Shown here piece by piece: positions 13,230-26,669 of a stretch of DNA of 64,000 nt. The DNA lies in assembly GCF_006345805.1 (NCBI RefSeq), contig NC_043000.1:158472001-158536000 (forward strand), read 5' to 3'. Source of the DNA: Octopus sinensis (lineage: Eukaryota). The translations under genes were made by a program, and so were the position numbers. Position 1 is the stretch's first letter, and every line of letters begins with the position of its first letter. Below the pieces are notes generated by a model that worked only from the letters and a program-made list of their open reading frames with translations, made no database searches and was not told the DNA's origin.

Positions 13230-15700
13230 TATTAAAATACCAAAACAATTTTAATAATGTTTTCTTTCACGGGACTGGACACAATTGTACAAATTCTTCT
13301 TGTCAAGTTGAAAAGAATATCGATTTTTGTCTTATATGATGAGAACATAGTAGATATTGTTTTGAGTTTGCTTTTAGCAGACGTCGATCTCAGTGTTAGT
13401 ATTGCATTTTATGATTAGGATGTCCAGAAAGTGTAGCTAGTCTTAAATGGATTCTATTGTAAATTAGATACTCTGGTTTTGTTGTTAATTAATTTTGTAG
13501 ACTTGTGAATTTGACCCAGATTATGTGACCACAGAATGAAACAATAGTCCCGGTAACGTTCCCAGTTGGTTAGTAAGTATTTATTGAAGTTTTCACCAAA
13601 TTTCAATCTTGCATGTTTGTATATTTAGACTTCTATGTATGCTATGTCAAGGTTAGCAGAAGTAGAACCTAGCCACTTTCCAGTCGGAGTCCGACATATT
13701 TGTCTATAGAGGCTATCATTGAAGTACAAACATTATTTTAAGGCATGAACTTTGATCATTGAATGATAAACATTTTCCTTATTCTCGGGTATGCCCATTG
13801 GTTATTTTTCCAGACAGAATTCTATAACTTTGGTTCCTCATTTGTAATGAAAATGAAAATATTTATTACATAGAATGACACAAAAGGGTGTCCATGCTGG
13901 TTTCACCCGCGAAATGTTTTTAAAAGTCCGGGTCATCTGCTATGAAGCTGGATATATGTTAAAGAATGATTTTAGAAGTATTGCAATGAAATTACTAACA
14001 CTATGTGTCTCACAGGAAGGATCTGTCATAATTGGTCTCCTTTTGATATCTCTGAGATGAGGAATATTAATAACTATTAAGGCTGATCTGCTATAGACCT
14101 CTTTTACGACGTCAGTCTTAGGCATTTTTGAAACCCTGCAAAAGCTGCTGGTTATGCAATCAAGTCTAGTTAGGTAGTTCTTTTCTTTTTCTGTTAAATA
14201 CTTTTGGGACTGTTGGCTGAGGGCTGGGAGTTTTTTCATTATTTTCGATTACTGGTAATAGTTAATCTTTTCATAATAAGTGTTGTCCCGAAGAAGCTAG
14301 TATAGTGCTTATGCATTGTTACAAATACATAGTGACTACAACGCAATCTTCATCAGCTTCTTTAATATCTACATTTTATATCTTTCTTGAAATTATTGAT
14401 GACTTTCCTTTCTTATCGAATTGTTTTTGCTTTTAGTTTCGGATGCGATAGTACGTTTTGGGGAAAATTGGTCAATTACAAAATTTATTCTACCTTTTGT
14501 TGGATTTTAGATGATTTTATGAAGAAACACTGAATGATCAGAGATTTCTTTGGCAAATAATTCTGTTGTTAGGCATCGTTTCCTACAAAAGTCCAGGAAA
14601 TAGTTCTGTATCTCATTTACGCTCGAATTTTGTGGTGTTCGGGTGAATTTTAGTACTTTCGAGAGAATATTATTTTGCTGCTTTGAGAGAGTTTTTTTGT
14701 GAGAGATTTATAACCTTCGGAATCTTATATTCAGTCTGTACCATCGAGTGTCTTGGTCTCCTCTGTGTCTAAAAGAAATTGTTCCCCGGTTTTGGCTCAA
14801 CAGATGTTCTATGCAGCCTTCATCTATTCTATGTTTTCGGCTGTGGTCGGCCCAGCTTATCGTTGTGACATAATTTGTGGTCTGAAGTATCAATTGTGGT
14901 TCTTCCTGTCTAAAGTAGTTAAAGGTTTCCGTGTGTAGTGTAAATTGGTGATGCCAATTTGGAGAGATCTTGCGTCTCGAAAGGGAGGCTCATTTTCCTT
15001 CCAGTTAAGCTGCTTTTAATATATCTTTGAGGAAGAGTATTTTGTCTTGTGGGGAAGGAAAATTTTGTAGCTCCTGAATGGATTAATTTGCTTAGATGTT
15101 TTTGAACTGGTATTTTCCACCCTCTACAGTTGATGCGCATTTGATTTCCTTTTCAATGGTGCTATGGAGTTGGCATTAACCAACATATGTCTTTGATGAG
15201 TGTTTGAATTGATTTACAACAATGGGCTTACTGCGAGTGTGCAGGATCTTTCATCTTTCCTTCTCTTCAACAATGTGTTGTCCGATTCACGTTCGTCTTT
15301 ATATTTTCTTTTGTAATGACAAAAGTAGTCATTATTTTGTTTTCCCATCGTCAAAGAGAAATTTCTTCATTCTCGCACCTTTGTTTCCAGATTTGGCCGG
15401 TGTTGCTAAACAAGTTCACCTTTAGCAAATTAGCAACATCAATCTTCATCTTATCTTCAGATGCACTTCTGATCCCCCAGCCTTAGGCGTTCCATATTTG
15501 TTTTCAAATATTTCGAAGGCCATTTGTTCTTAAGTTTACTCTACTGTTCAAATTCATTTCCTATGGCTTTACTTTGCAGTTGTCTGGGGAGAATAAAAGG
15601 AGTTGAGTTGGGTTACCTTTCATAAATCTCTGCTTTGTTATCGTTTTTAATCCTGTTCTAGATATTGAATTTCGGACTTTTAATATTTTCATCGAGGTTT
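13230..15700 (-). mobile_element. Decayed Penelope-like element (N-terminal region and RT), 3' end cut at the Helitron
   Basis: Minus frames give RPIMTDPSCETHSVSNFIAILLK (ORF 13940-14239), NWERYRDYCFILW (decayed YxDD, ~13530-13566), LHFLDILIIK and IKEADE (~IKxADKG). The 5' boundary is approximate. Confidence 0.8.
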
Positions 15701-16730
15701 GGAGCAAATCTTTCTTGATGTAGGAAGGCTTATGTAAGATAATGTTGTCATTTTATACGTACACACATATCTGGCTACAGTCACACAGTCACGCATACAC
15801 ACTAAATATATATACATACATACACACACAAAGAGAGAATGGGGAGGGAGAAAAAGAGAGGAAGAGATTAGTAGCCATGTATAAAACTCGAAAAATTTGT
15901 TGCAACTGCAATTACATTGTAACTTGCCTTTCAAGTTCAAAACACTACTCTTCACGATTCTTCTTCGTCATTTGCCATACTAGACCTGTGTTAACTTGGT
16001 ACCATGTCAAAAGTATGTATACCCATCAATGTGTCTGTCTATGCATTTATTAATCCAATGTAAGTTCGCTAGATATTTTAACGACAGTCTTTTGCTGTAG
16101 AAGCGTATACCCGCTCCCTACTTTAAATTTAATAGTATTTAAGACACACTGAATTTAATTATTCACAGTCAACCTACTGGTACATTAATGTAAAGTAGGT
16201 GTCAAGTTGCCACCCTTCACAAATCTTGTCCGTATATTTAATATGCTCACATCAAACAACACACTATAATGTGCCAGGTTCTTCAAAGAAACTATATTCG
16301 AAATTAAAATTAATTTCATGTATATTTCACAGGAATTTCTTTCAACTCTTTTACTCAACACACAAAATTTCAAAACTTCTTCGTTTGGTTTTTTACCCCC
16401 ATTTAAATACGATTATTTAGAACTTATACCACCAAATAAAAATTCAGCACCAACCAACTATAATCAGTCATTTGTTGTTTTAGAAACAGCTTCAATTATG
16501 CGCTTCATTTTTATTAATTCGAAGTTTCGAAATCCACGCACACTTTGAGAGACGTGTAATTTATGCGTAAACACATATACACTTTAAAATCACATTCACA
16601 TATACATCTTAAAACCTTGTAATATGCTAATTCAATCTGTTGACAAATACGCTTTTATGTACCTGATGACATGTTTTTTTCTCATATGCCGCTCACCTTC
16701 CCACTACGCTAGAATATAATCCAATGGTTC

Positions 16731-16964
16731 AAGGCGGCGAGCTGGCAGGAACGTTAGTACGCTGGGCGGAATGCGTAGCCGTATTTCGTCTGCTGTTACG
16801 TTCTGAGTTCAGATTCCGCCGAGGTCGACTTTGCTTTTCATTCTTTCGGGGTCGATAAATTAAGTACCAGTTACGCACTGGGGTCGATGTAATCGACTTA
16901 ATCCGTATGTCTGCCTTTGTTTGTCCTCTCTGTGTTTAGCCCCTTGTGGGTAGTAAAAATATAT
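16731..16964 (+). mobile_element. SINE family D, inserted into the terminus of a hAT element
   Basis: Head ggcggcgagctggcag.aacgttagtacgc; core gtcgactttgcttttcattctttcggggtcgataaattaagtaccag. 17-bp TSD atataatccaatggttc at 16714-16730 and 16965-16981. Confidence 0.93.
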
Positions 16965-16971
16965 ATATAAT

Positions 16972-17589
16972 CCAATGGTTCCCAGTCTTTTTCAGTCTTC
17001 CACTCCATTGATTCTCAGGCTATATTCCAAGCGACCCCAGCCTCACACGCCGTATTATCACAAACATAGAGCGCTTTCTAAAACAAATTAAAAACAACTG
17101 TATTTCATACACATACACTCACTCTCTGTCTCTCTCTCTCTCTCTCTCCCTATCACACACACACACAAAGGAAAGAAAATGAACCAAGTTAACCCATTAT
17201 TTTGCTCTTTTTCAATATAAAATTGTAAATTTATATCGCAGCTGTAACTGCATTGTTTTCATAGTTTTAATGTAAAGGATGTATTTCTGTAGGATCAACA
17301 GTTACCTGGAATCAGGCAGAAATATATTAAGAAGTAGTCTTTGATACCCGCTTTCAATAATTTTCAGTCTGCTTATTTCCTTAGAAAGAATTTGGGCAGC
17401 TGCAAAGAAGCCTCGTTCTCCTGAATATGAAGTTGGGAAGGCAATAAGGTACATCTCGACTTTGTTCCACAGTGTAAGGCAGTCATTAGACATGTTTTTT
17501 TGCAATCAGTTTCAAGAAATTCTTCATCCAAAATTCGTCTTCCCTTATTACGGATATACAGGAATTACTCAGATATATATACATACACA

Positions 17590-17649
<60 letters not shown>

Positions 17650-18330
17650 CACATAATTATTTTAAGCAAAAAGAAATATCCTGAAGTCTGTTGGCATGTC
17701 TCATTCTGGCTCATCCAAGTGTGAACCAATACACTCACTTGAATGCTTTCTCCTGGTATGCGTTTTTCCTTCTCCAATTCCGAGAACTGCAAGCAATCAC
17801 GATGGTTTATGGTACATTTGAAAGCTATAAATGTGGAGACTTTTGATTTTACATTGATATGGTTTAATCACATTTCCTTGCAATTTCAAATTAACTTCAT
17901 TGACCTTTATTTAGTATATCAGCCGTATAAGCAATGATCTGTCTGATATTTCTTAGTTCAACACAATGAATTGAATAAGAGTCTTGTAAGAATGCAACAA
18001 TTGTTTTAAAACAAGAAAAAATATTTCAGGCAGTTTCGTTTACCATCCATCGAACTTAAGAGTGCAACAACAAACGTTCAATTTCTTTATGATTCTCAAC
18101 TCAGAGCAGTTAGAACTAGGGAAGTGAGTGCAAGTGCCTTGACTTTATTTTCTGCTGCAATAAATGCGTCAAGGATTTGTTAAGACAAACATTTAGGTTA
18201 TTTACAACCAGATGCTGGCTGTAGATTACACAGTGCATTGAAAACATACTAGGTTTAACGTTTTTACATAAACTGATGAAGCAACGATGACAGCCTGTCA
18301 TCAATAGCGTCACATTCTTTGCTCAGAAAC
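16972..18330 (-). mobile_element. Decayed hAT (Buster/Charlie-like) transposon, 3' half
   Basis: LWNKVEMYLIAFPTSYSGERGF..LSKEISRL (hAT dimerisation-domain motif AFPxSYxxERGFS); HCVIYSQHLV (HCxxHRxxL); terminal caatggttcccag resembling the cagtggttcccaa-type TIR; (CA)n(TA)n inside. Confidence 0.85.
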
Positions 18331-19216
18331 GAAATACTGACTACTCTTTTTATATCTGTTTCTAGTTGTCTTAAAACTAATAGCTCTGGAACCAAAACTG
18401 AATATTTAACTAAGCAGAATATCATAATGAGTAATGAACATTCAACATCTCTTCTGATTAAATGATAATATATAGATATATCTCACCACCTCTCTCGCTA
18501 TATACATGTACAGTCTTACACGCGTGCGCACACACACGCATACGCATACGCACACATACACAGACACAAACTATTTGCTTACACTCACCTTTACTTCCTC
18601 GCACATACCTACTCTGTTATTTAGCCCCCTCCTCCTTAGAGAACTACACCCTCAACCCATATGACCATAAGACTGATCAAGAACAATAAACACAAAAGGC
18701 CCAACCCTTAAAGAGGTCACTGATGGCCAGTTACGCCCAGACACACAGACCCACAGAGGCATAAACACAAGCAGTCACACGAGTGTACACACGGAACCAC
18801 GGACACACGCATAAAAGCATGCATGCGCACAGATATAATATTACTTGTCAGATTGACGCTGAAGAGGTATTGAAAAGAGGGGACACTAAAAAGTGGTATG
18901 CAGCGACGAAGGAAATTTAAGTTACAAAAATCCGATTGAATTTTTAAACGATCGATCAGTTAGTTGGTTAGGTAATTAACCAATTGACTAACAATGAAGA
19001 AGTGGGATTGAACCTATGCGTGTGTTACTGTTATTAGCATCATGACCCTCACAAGACTCAACAATATATATAAATATAATACATGCAAAATATATTCATA
19101 TACATATGCTTATCTATCCATGTGTACGTATACATTAGCACGTAAAGCATACATATATGCACATGTGTGTGTGCGTGTGTTACAGATGGTATTTATGACG
19201 ATATTAATGTTTTGTA

Positions 19217-19373
19217 AAGGCGTGGCTGTGTGCTTGCTTACCAACCACATGGTTCCAGGTTCAGTCCCACTGCGTGGCACCTTGGGCAAGTGTCTTCTAC
19301 TATAGCTTCGGGCCGACCAAATCCTTGTGAGTGGATTTGGTAGACGGAAACTGAAAGAAGCCCGTTGTATATA

Positions 19374-19406
<33 letters not shown>

Positions 19407-19626
19407 GTGTGTATATATGTTTGTGTGTCTGTGTTTGTCTCCACAACATCGCTTGACAACCGATGCTGGTGCGTTTACGTTCCCGTAACTTAGCGGCTCG
19501 GCAAAAGACACCGAGAGAATAAGTACTACGTTTCCAAAGAATAAGTCCTGGGGTGGATTTGATCGACTAAAGGCGGTGCTCCAGCAAAGCCACAGTCAAA
19601 TGACTGAAACTAGTAAAAGAATAAAA
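19217..19626 (+). mobile_element. SINE family C, full length with internal (TA)/(TG) tract
   Basis: Same head, body and tail as 5174-5752. Confidence 0.92.
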
Positions 19627-20667
19627 CTACGAGATGTTGTCTGGTTCGTTATGTTGAGATAATAGTCCGGATAAAACGTATGTCACAATGCAACTCAGTT
19701 TTGTGTTGGCCTTCCTCTCATACTACTTTACTTGATGGTTCTATATTGTCAATGGTGACCCTAATTTCGAGTATTACATATTGCATTCTCATAATGAAAA
19801 TTATATGCTTAACATAGAAAGCGAGTGAAATATTTTCGCTGAATTCTGATGTAATATGTTTGCAATATTTTGATCGCAGGTGTACAGCTAGTCCTCAACG
19901 AAACAAAATAATTGTTCTATATTCTTCCTTATCGTTATAAGGTAGATAGCATTATACTTTTCTTCGTTAAATTTTCTTCGATAGGAATTAAACACTCGCT
20001 GTATATTGTTGTTGTTTAGTGATATACGTTTCCGATTAAACATTACTATGAACAAATGATTTCCATCCATAATCCTTTCTTCTTCCCTTTCAGATAAAAT
20101 GTATTTAAGCGTATATTGTTTAACGTGTGCTTCGTGTTCATTATGGCATGGTGATATTTTAGTATCCTTTGGTTGATATATTTAGCCATTCGAGAGATTG
20201 AATCTTGTTATGAGAGGTGGTTGTGCTGATTCAGTTTTAACTTAACATCTGCTGTTACTCAATAATACTATGTTGAATGATATACAATACACGTAACCAA
20301 ACAAAAGCATATATGTTTAAGTGAAGTCAATACGAATCACTGATTTTCAAACACTATAGACACTCTGGGCAGTACAATGTAAGCGATGACATATTTTTGA
20401 TTCATCTTTATATCATACATTTTGCTTTAGTTTTATGGTGATTCCAGCAAATTATTCTACTTGGATTATTGTATTTCTCCTGGTTATTTTCCTATTCTCT
20501 TTCCTTTTATTTTCTTTATTCCAGCTAATGCACATTGAAAGAAATGAAACAAGAGTGTGCTTTGACATGTTAGTTGTAAATAACAAAACATTCCATGTGA
20601 AATGAAATAGCGATAACAAAGGAGACAAAAACAGCTTCATAATAATGATAATAATGACAACAATTTT

Positions 20668-21032
20668 TTCAAATGTTAGCGCTAGGCCAGCAGTTTTGGA
20701 TGGAAGAAGACTGCCGATTGCATCGACGCCAGTACCTGACTGGTATTTTAGTTTATCGCTACTGAATGAAAGGCAAAGGTGATCCAAAGGCGAGCCGTGA
20801 GTAGTACCTATTTCTTTACTACCCACAAGGGGCTAAACACAGAGAGGACAAACAAGGACAGACAAACGGATTAAGTCGATTATATCGACCCCAGTGCGTA
20901 ACTGGTACTTATTTAATGGACCTCGAAAGGATGAATGGCAAAGTCGACCTCGGCGGAATTTGAACTCAGAACGTAGCGACAGACGAAATAACGCTAAGCA
21001 TTTCGCCCGGTGTGCTAACGTTTCTGCCACCC
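20668..21032 (-). mobile_element. SINE family D, dimeric form
   Basis: Head and core, then linker gtttagccccttgtgggtagtaaagaaatagg, then a second decayed core and tail. Confidence 0.8.
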
Positions 21033-21037
21033 CATTA

Positions 21038-21039
21038 TC

Positions 21040-21093
<54 letters not shown>
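21038..21093. repeat. (TAA)n tract
   Basis: Direct reading. Confidence 0.97.
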
Positions 21094-21700
21094 TGTCGGC
21101 ATTATAAAACCAAAACTGCTGACAAATGGTATAAGCGCCATCCAGAAACTGTGACTGAGGGAGAAAATATGTCGACTCTATGGGACTTCCCTGTACATAC
21201 CGACAAAACTATAAAAGCTAATAAGCCGGATATTATTCTAAAAGATCAGAAAAAACAGATGTGTTTATTAATTGACATGAGTATTCCTTGCGATCACAAT
21301 ATAGCGGCGAAAGAATTTGACAAGATCAGTAAATATAAGGACTTGCTAATAGAAATTGAAAAAATGTGACATCTCATGGCGACTACAGTACAAGTGATTG
21401 TAGGAGCTCCAGGAATGATAAAAAAAAAGGTACTGAAACCTATTTGAAAATGATACCAGGAAGTGCAACAAGTCGTGTTAACTGGAACGGCTCATTTACT
21501 GAGAAGAGCACTATCGTTGTGAAAACAACATCCGTTCATGAATTTATTTATTAATAATTTTTTTAATACATATTTTACCTGTGAATTTGCATGTGTAATC
21601 TGGGAATGCATACAATGAGTTTTTCTGCCCTTGGTGTAGGAAAACGCTCAGCGAGAAACGGAAGAAAATTTGAAGAAAGAAAGAAAAAAAATAATAATGA
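21094..21700 (+). mobile_element. 5'-truncated R4/Dong-clade LINE (restriction-like endonuclease end and 3' UTR)
   Basis: LWDFPVHTDKTIKANKPDIILKDQKKQMCLLIDMSIP...KEFDKISKYKDL (PD-(D/E)xK RLE), then VIVGAPGMIKK and LTGTAHLLRRALSL*. Starts directly after (TAA)n. Confidence 0.9.
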
Positions 21701-21702
21701 TG

Positions 21703-22200
21703 AAAGTGTTATCATTTACATTGTTTTGCCTTGGTATAAAAGATGGGCTACAGCAAATATTCTGCTCAATACCACAGATTTGCTTGTCAGTTTTTTTACC
21801 TTAAGCAGTTGAGCATGTACCTTAGTGGCGAACGATATGTGCACCTCTGATCACGAGCAGAAATAGTGGGGGAGCATCATAGCCTTGTGTTGATAGGGAT
21901 TCTTTGGTGTTTGAATAATTCACCTCTTGAAACATGGGTGTTTCGGTCAACATCCTTCAACAACCCTTATTCAGGGACCTTTTGGGCGGGATGGGTTACT
22001 CGACCAGAAGAAAATACTAACTTGCCCCACCTGCAAAGTCATGCGCTGTTTATCTTGATATGAGATCACCATGTCGCGCGCATGTGGTTGTGATACATGT
22101 GCCTGGTGTACCCTTATCTGACGGGTAGTCATGATGGGTATATTGGGCTTCGTATATTTTACCCCCGTGTCACTTTGATGGCATGCACTGCTCTCTCACT
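21703..22200 (+). mobile_element. Repeat family R, 5'-truncated copy
   Basis: Aligns end-to-end with 22758-23232; followed by a TAA/TGA/AAG triplet array at 22201-22347. Confidence 0.85.
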
Positions 22201-22238
22201 TAATAATGATGATGATGATGATGATGATGATGATGGTG

Positions 22239-22276
<38 letters not shown>

Positions 22277-22282
22277 TAATAA

Positions 22283-22321
<39 letters not shown>

Positions 22322-22348
22322 GAAGAAGAAGAAGAAGAAGAAGAAGAA

Positions 22349-23232
22349 ATGCCCTGATGCAGTACCAGGCAGTGGCTCTCATGGCTTCTGATCTTAACTG
22401 ATTGGTAGCGTTATCATGTGAATGCACGTGGCTTAGTGGTTAGGGCATTCGGCCCACGATTGTAAGGTTGTGAGTTCGATTCCAAGCGACGCGTTGTGTC
22501 CTTGAGCAAGACACTTTATTTCATGTTGCTCCAGTCCACTCAGCTGGCAAAAATGAGTTGTACCTGTATTTCAAAGGGCCGGCCTTGTCACACTGTGTGT
22601 CACGCTGAATCTCCCTGAGAACTACGTTAAGGGTACACGTGTCTGTGGAGTGCTCAGCCACTTGCACGTTAATTTCACGAGCAATCTGTTCTGTTGATCG
22701 TATCAGCTGGGACCCTCATCGTCGTAACCGACGGAGTAGAAAGAAGAAAGAAAAGAAAGCGTTATCATGTACATTGTTTTGTTTTGATATAAAAGCTGGA
22801 CTACAACAAATATTCTGCTCAATATCACAGATTTGCTTGTCATTTATTTGACAATAATCAATTAAAGATGTCTTTGGTGGCTGACGATATGTGCATCTTT
22901 GATCATGAGCAGAATTAGTGGGGGAGCATCATAGTCATATGTTGAGAGGAATTCTTTGGGGTTTGAATAATATACCTCTGGAAACATGGGTGCTGCATTC
23001 AACATCCTTAAGCAAACCTTATTTTATTCGGGGACCTTTTGAGGGGGACGGGCTACTCAACCTGAAGTTCATGCGCTATTTATCTTGACATGTGATCACT
23101 ATGTTGCGCACATATGGTTGTGATATATGTGCTTGGTATACACTTATGTGATGGGTAGTCATGATGGGTATTCTAGACTTCGTATATCTGTACCCCAGTG
23201 TTACTTTGATGGCATGCACTACTCTCTCACTC
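22349..23232 (+). mobile_element. Repeat family R, longest copy, interrupted by a SINE
   Basis: Starts tgccctgatgcagtaccaggcagtggc, resumes after the SINE at the duplicated agcgttatcatgt, ends gcactactctctcactc. Confidence 0.85.
22420..22757 (+). mobile_element. SINE, body B + tail T1
   Basis: tRNA-like head; body gcgttgtgtccttgagcaagacact...ccactcagctggcaaaaatgag; T1 tail. 13-bp TSD agcgttatcatgt at 22407-22419 and 22758-22770. Confidence 0.92.
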
Positions 23233-23539
23233 ATAACAATATACTATTTTCATAATAATGATAACGGTATATTAGAGAAGACCTGGATCAAGCAACCCCC
23301 TCCCAAATCTAAGTTACATTCATCGACGCAAGCTCAAATTTGAGACTCAATAAATAGATTCGGTTCTTGTATTTTAGACGAGAAATATAACTGAAACTAA
23401 CATGATTATTTAGCCTGCAGCTATGGTTGATGCAGATAGAGTTGGATACAAAAGAAGAGAACAAACACAACGTAAAGAACCTTTCTGGCGTAGGGGAATT
23501 TGTTTGACAAGTCAATAGACTGATTAGATAGACTGCAGA

Positions 23540-24372
23540 TCGAAGGCATAAGAGATAAAATTTATGATGTTATATTGGAAGAATTGAAACAAAGAGTCGC
23601 AATCGTTGCAAAACTGGAAATGTATGACAATGGAACAAAACAATTTAGGCAAAACAGATTGTTTGAAACATATCAGAAGAATCTGTTTCAGAAACTAGAT
23701 GGGTATTTACATGTAACAATGATACCAGATGCAAACGAAAGCAAGGCATTCTGGAGAGAGATCTGGAACAAACCTGTAAAGTATACTGATGAAGCAGAGT
23801 GACTGCATGAAATCCTCTATAGAAGGCTAAGAAGACATAAATATAACTACAGGAAATTTATAATTTGGAAGAGCCTAGGACCGGATGGGGTGCAAGGTTA
23901 TTGGATGAATAAGCTGAGGGGGCTGCATAAAAGGATAGCGCAACAGCCAGATGAGTGATTGTAGGAAGGCGCAGTATTTAGCTGGATGACAAGGATCCTG
24001 AAACGGGAATTGTTGCATCCAGCTTTAGACCAATAACGTGCCTTCTGCTCATATTGAAACTAATGCCAGGTGACTTGGCCGGTGAATTGTATAGATACCT
24101 GGAAAGAAGTGGGCTGCTACCTATTGAACAGAAGGGGTGCCGAAAGAGAAACCGGGGGAAAAGGATCAGCTCTTAACAGATAATTATCTGGAACTGCAAG
24201 AGAAGGCACACACACCTGAGCATGGGTTGACTTTCCTAACATATACGATATGATACCTCACTCCTGGATAATAAAAGCAATGGAAATGTATGCAGTAGTA
24301 GAAAATATGAGAAATCATATCTGGAATAACAGGAAATGGTGGAGAACGGAATTGACAGCAGGGAATCAGTTA
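23540..24372 (+). mobile_element. R4/Dong-clade LINE internal RT fragment, decayed
   Basis: QFRQNRLFETYQK, IPDANESKAFWREIW, WKSLGPDGVQGYW, FRPITCL, EQKGCRK and YDMIPHSWI, with frameshifts. Confidence 0.9.
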
Positions 24373-24710
24373 GATACTTTTCAATGATGTTGAAGTGTCT
24401 GAGGAATGTTGAGAGGCTTTGGCACGCACAGGTTTTATCGGTGCTACAAACACAATCCCAACTTCGCTTTCAGGACACAATAATAATGATAATGGTATAT
24501 TAGAGAAGACCAGGATCAAGCAATTCCAAATACTCACTAATAAATATCCAAATATCGGCTTTTCTTGGACAATAACACCTTTTTGATCAACAATTCCACC
24601 ACATTCGGATTTTGTCATTATATGAGTATAACTAACGAAACCTTTCAGAGGTACCATTCATAGTTACATCCAGAAATGAAATTCTGACATGGAACGTCTT
24701 GCTAATAACT

Positions 24711-25099
24711 CGTCGTTGTCGTGGCACTCCGTCGGTTACGATGACGAGTGTTCCAGTTGATCCGATCAATGGAACAGCCTGCTCGTGAAATTAACGTGCA
24801 AGTGGCTGAGCACTCTACAGACACGTATACCCATAACGTAGTTCTCGGGGGAGATTCAGCGTGACACAGAGCGTGACAAAGCTGGCCCTTTAATATACAG
24901 GTACAACAGAAATAGGAAGAGTGAGAGTAAGTTGTGGTGAAAGAGTACAGCAGGGGTCGCCACCACCCCCTACCGGAACCGCGTGGAGCTTTAGGTGTTT
25001 TCATTCAATAAAGACTCACATCGCCTAGTCTGGGAATCGAAACCGCGATCTTACGACCGCAAGTCCGCTGCCCTAACCACTAGGCCATTGCGCCTATAA
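24711..25099 (-). mobile_element. SINE, body A + tail T1
   Basis: Reverse complement of 5937-6314; 10-bp TSD gctaataact at 24701-24710 and 25100-25109. Confidence 0.92.
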
Positions 25100-26577
25100 G
25101 CTAATAACTATTACATCTACTTTAAGAGGTATCAGCCTATTCAGGAGCTGACATTATTTTTGGGCAATCACACGTCGTATATATTTACATATCATAATCT
25201 CAAAGTTGCATAGCTGAAGCTGATGGAACACCAAAGAAATTCGTGGAGGCTTTTGGGTTTCCAAAGTACACATATTATATTTTGGGGTGTTTTAAATGCT
25301 TCAAGTTCACTAAACATATTGTATTTCTAATAGTCATATCGTCCCAAAAAATCCTGGGCGGCCCCTTGCAGTTTTTTTAATATGTGTGATTCCCTGTCAT
25401 ATTCAAACCCCTCCTTAATTTTTGTTAAAGGATTTAAGAATATAAATTCCATCAACTTATTGTCTCCCACTACAACACATGTCAGTTTTCCTGAACATTT
25501 AGGTAATTGTGAACAAGAGTATGACATTGAACATGTATCCAGTGTGAGGATCCCATTGTAGCGTTTGGGAGTCGGGGTTCATGGTGTCAGTCCTCAATTA
25601 CTCTTAATCCCTGGTCCGTTATGACCGGGAATATTAGTACATGTAAGGGTAGATTGAACTCCTAAGCTGCAGTTGAAGCAGCCAATCTAGGAGAAGGAAA
25701 ACTTATTACGCTCTTCCAGCATGGAAAAGTATAACTGATGAAACCAACTTGAGATATGTCCAACGGCATGAATTCATACTATCGAGGTATATATCTCATG
25801 TTACTGCTTATTCTTCCGCAAGGGGAGAAAGCGAGAAATGATGTTACTGTTACTATTCTGGTTTTAGCTACTTATATTTGGTGGATATGCCAGATACCAA
25901 CCCTTCGCGTCTATGTATTTTCACCTGCCATATTTATGGATATTTGTGGTTTTAGACCGAATTAAAATTAGATATTTTAAACAATTTTGTCACCATACAA
26001 CGTATTTGATGAATGTATAAGCAGGGATTTTCATGATTTCTCATATTATTTTTGTATGGGAAAACCAGAAAGATATTAATGGTATATGCAAGGAGATAAT
26101 GAGGTTAGCTTTTAGTTTTCGTTGATGCTCTATTGTCGATGGTACTGGTCTTGTTGATGATGATGTATTGTGGTGTTGTTACTGATGTTGTTAACAATGG
26201 TTTATTGTACCGGTCTTGCAAATACGCTACATTTCTGTTTTATTTTCGTTTTCATCCTTATCAATTTTTATGGTGATCTATTTATTGTCATTGTTCCCTC
26301 ATATTAGTTTTCTGTTGCTCTTGCAGATCAACATTGATAAAAAAAAAACTACTGCGAAGTGTATGAAGTTGCCTGATATTCAAAGGGTGTCAATAGACTT
26401 TTCCTCCCACTTATAGAATGTCGACAACTATCTGTGAATCATAATGAACACCCAAGCGCGAAATAGTTAAGTGCACTGACTGCAGTTTGACAGGTTTGAA
26501 GATAATGTAGATATCGATACTGCCGCCTATACTTATGTGATATGTCATTTTATATTTTGTCTGCTTGACAGAGAAAG

Positions 26578-26655
<78 letters not shown>

Positions 26656-26669
26656 CGTATGTATGCTTG

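Noticed and set aside
15960-16010. Possible third family 2 hammerhead (GUC...GAC GAAG on minus) near the 5' end of the 13-15.7 kb Penelope
   Set aside because: Only a 3-bp stem II; core and stem I are not recoverable.
18895-18945. Hammerhead-like cagcgacgaagga...tccga
   Set aside because: The core and the GAAA are both broken and stem I is unsupported; at most a dead relic.
22201-22347. Poly-His/Tyr/Leu ORF 22200-22427
   Set aside because: Translation of a TAA/TGA/AAG triplet array between repeat copies.
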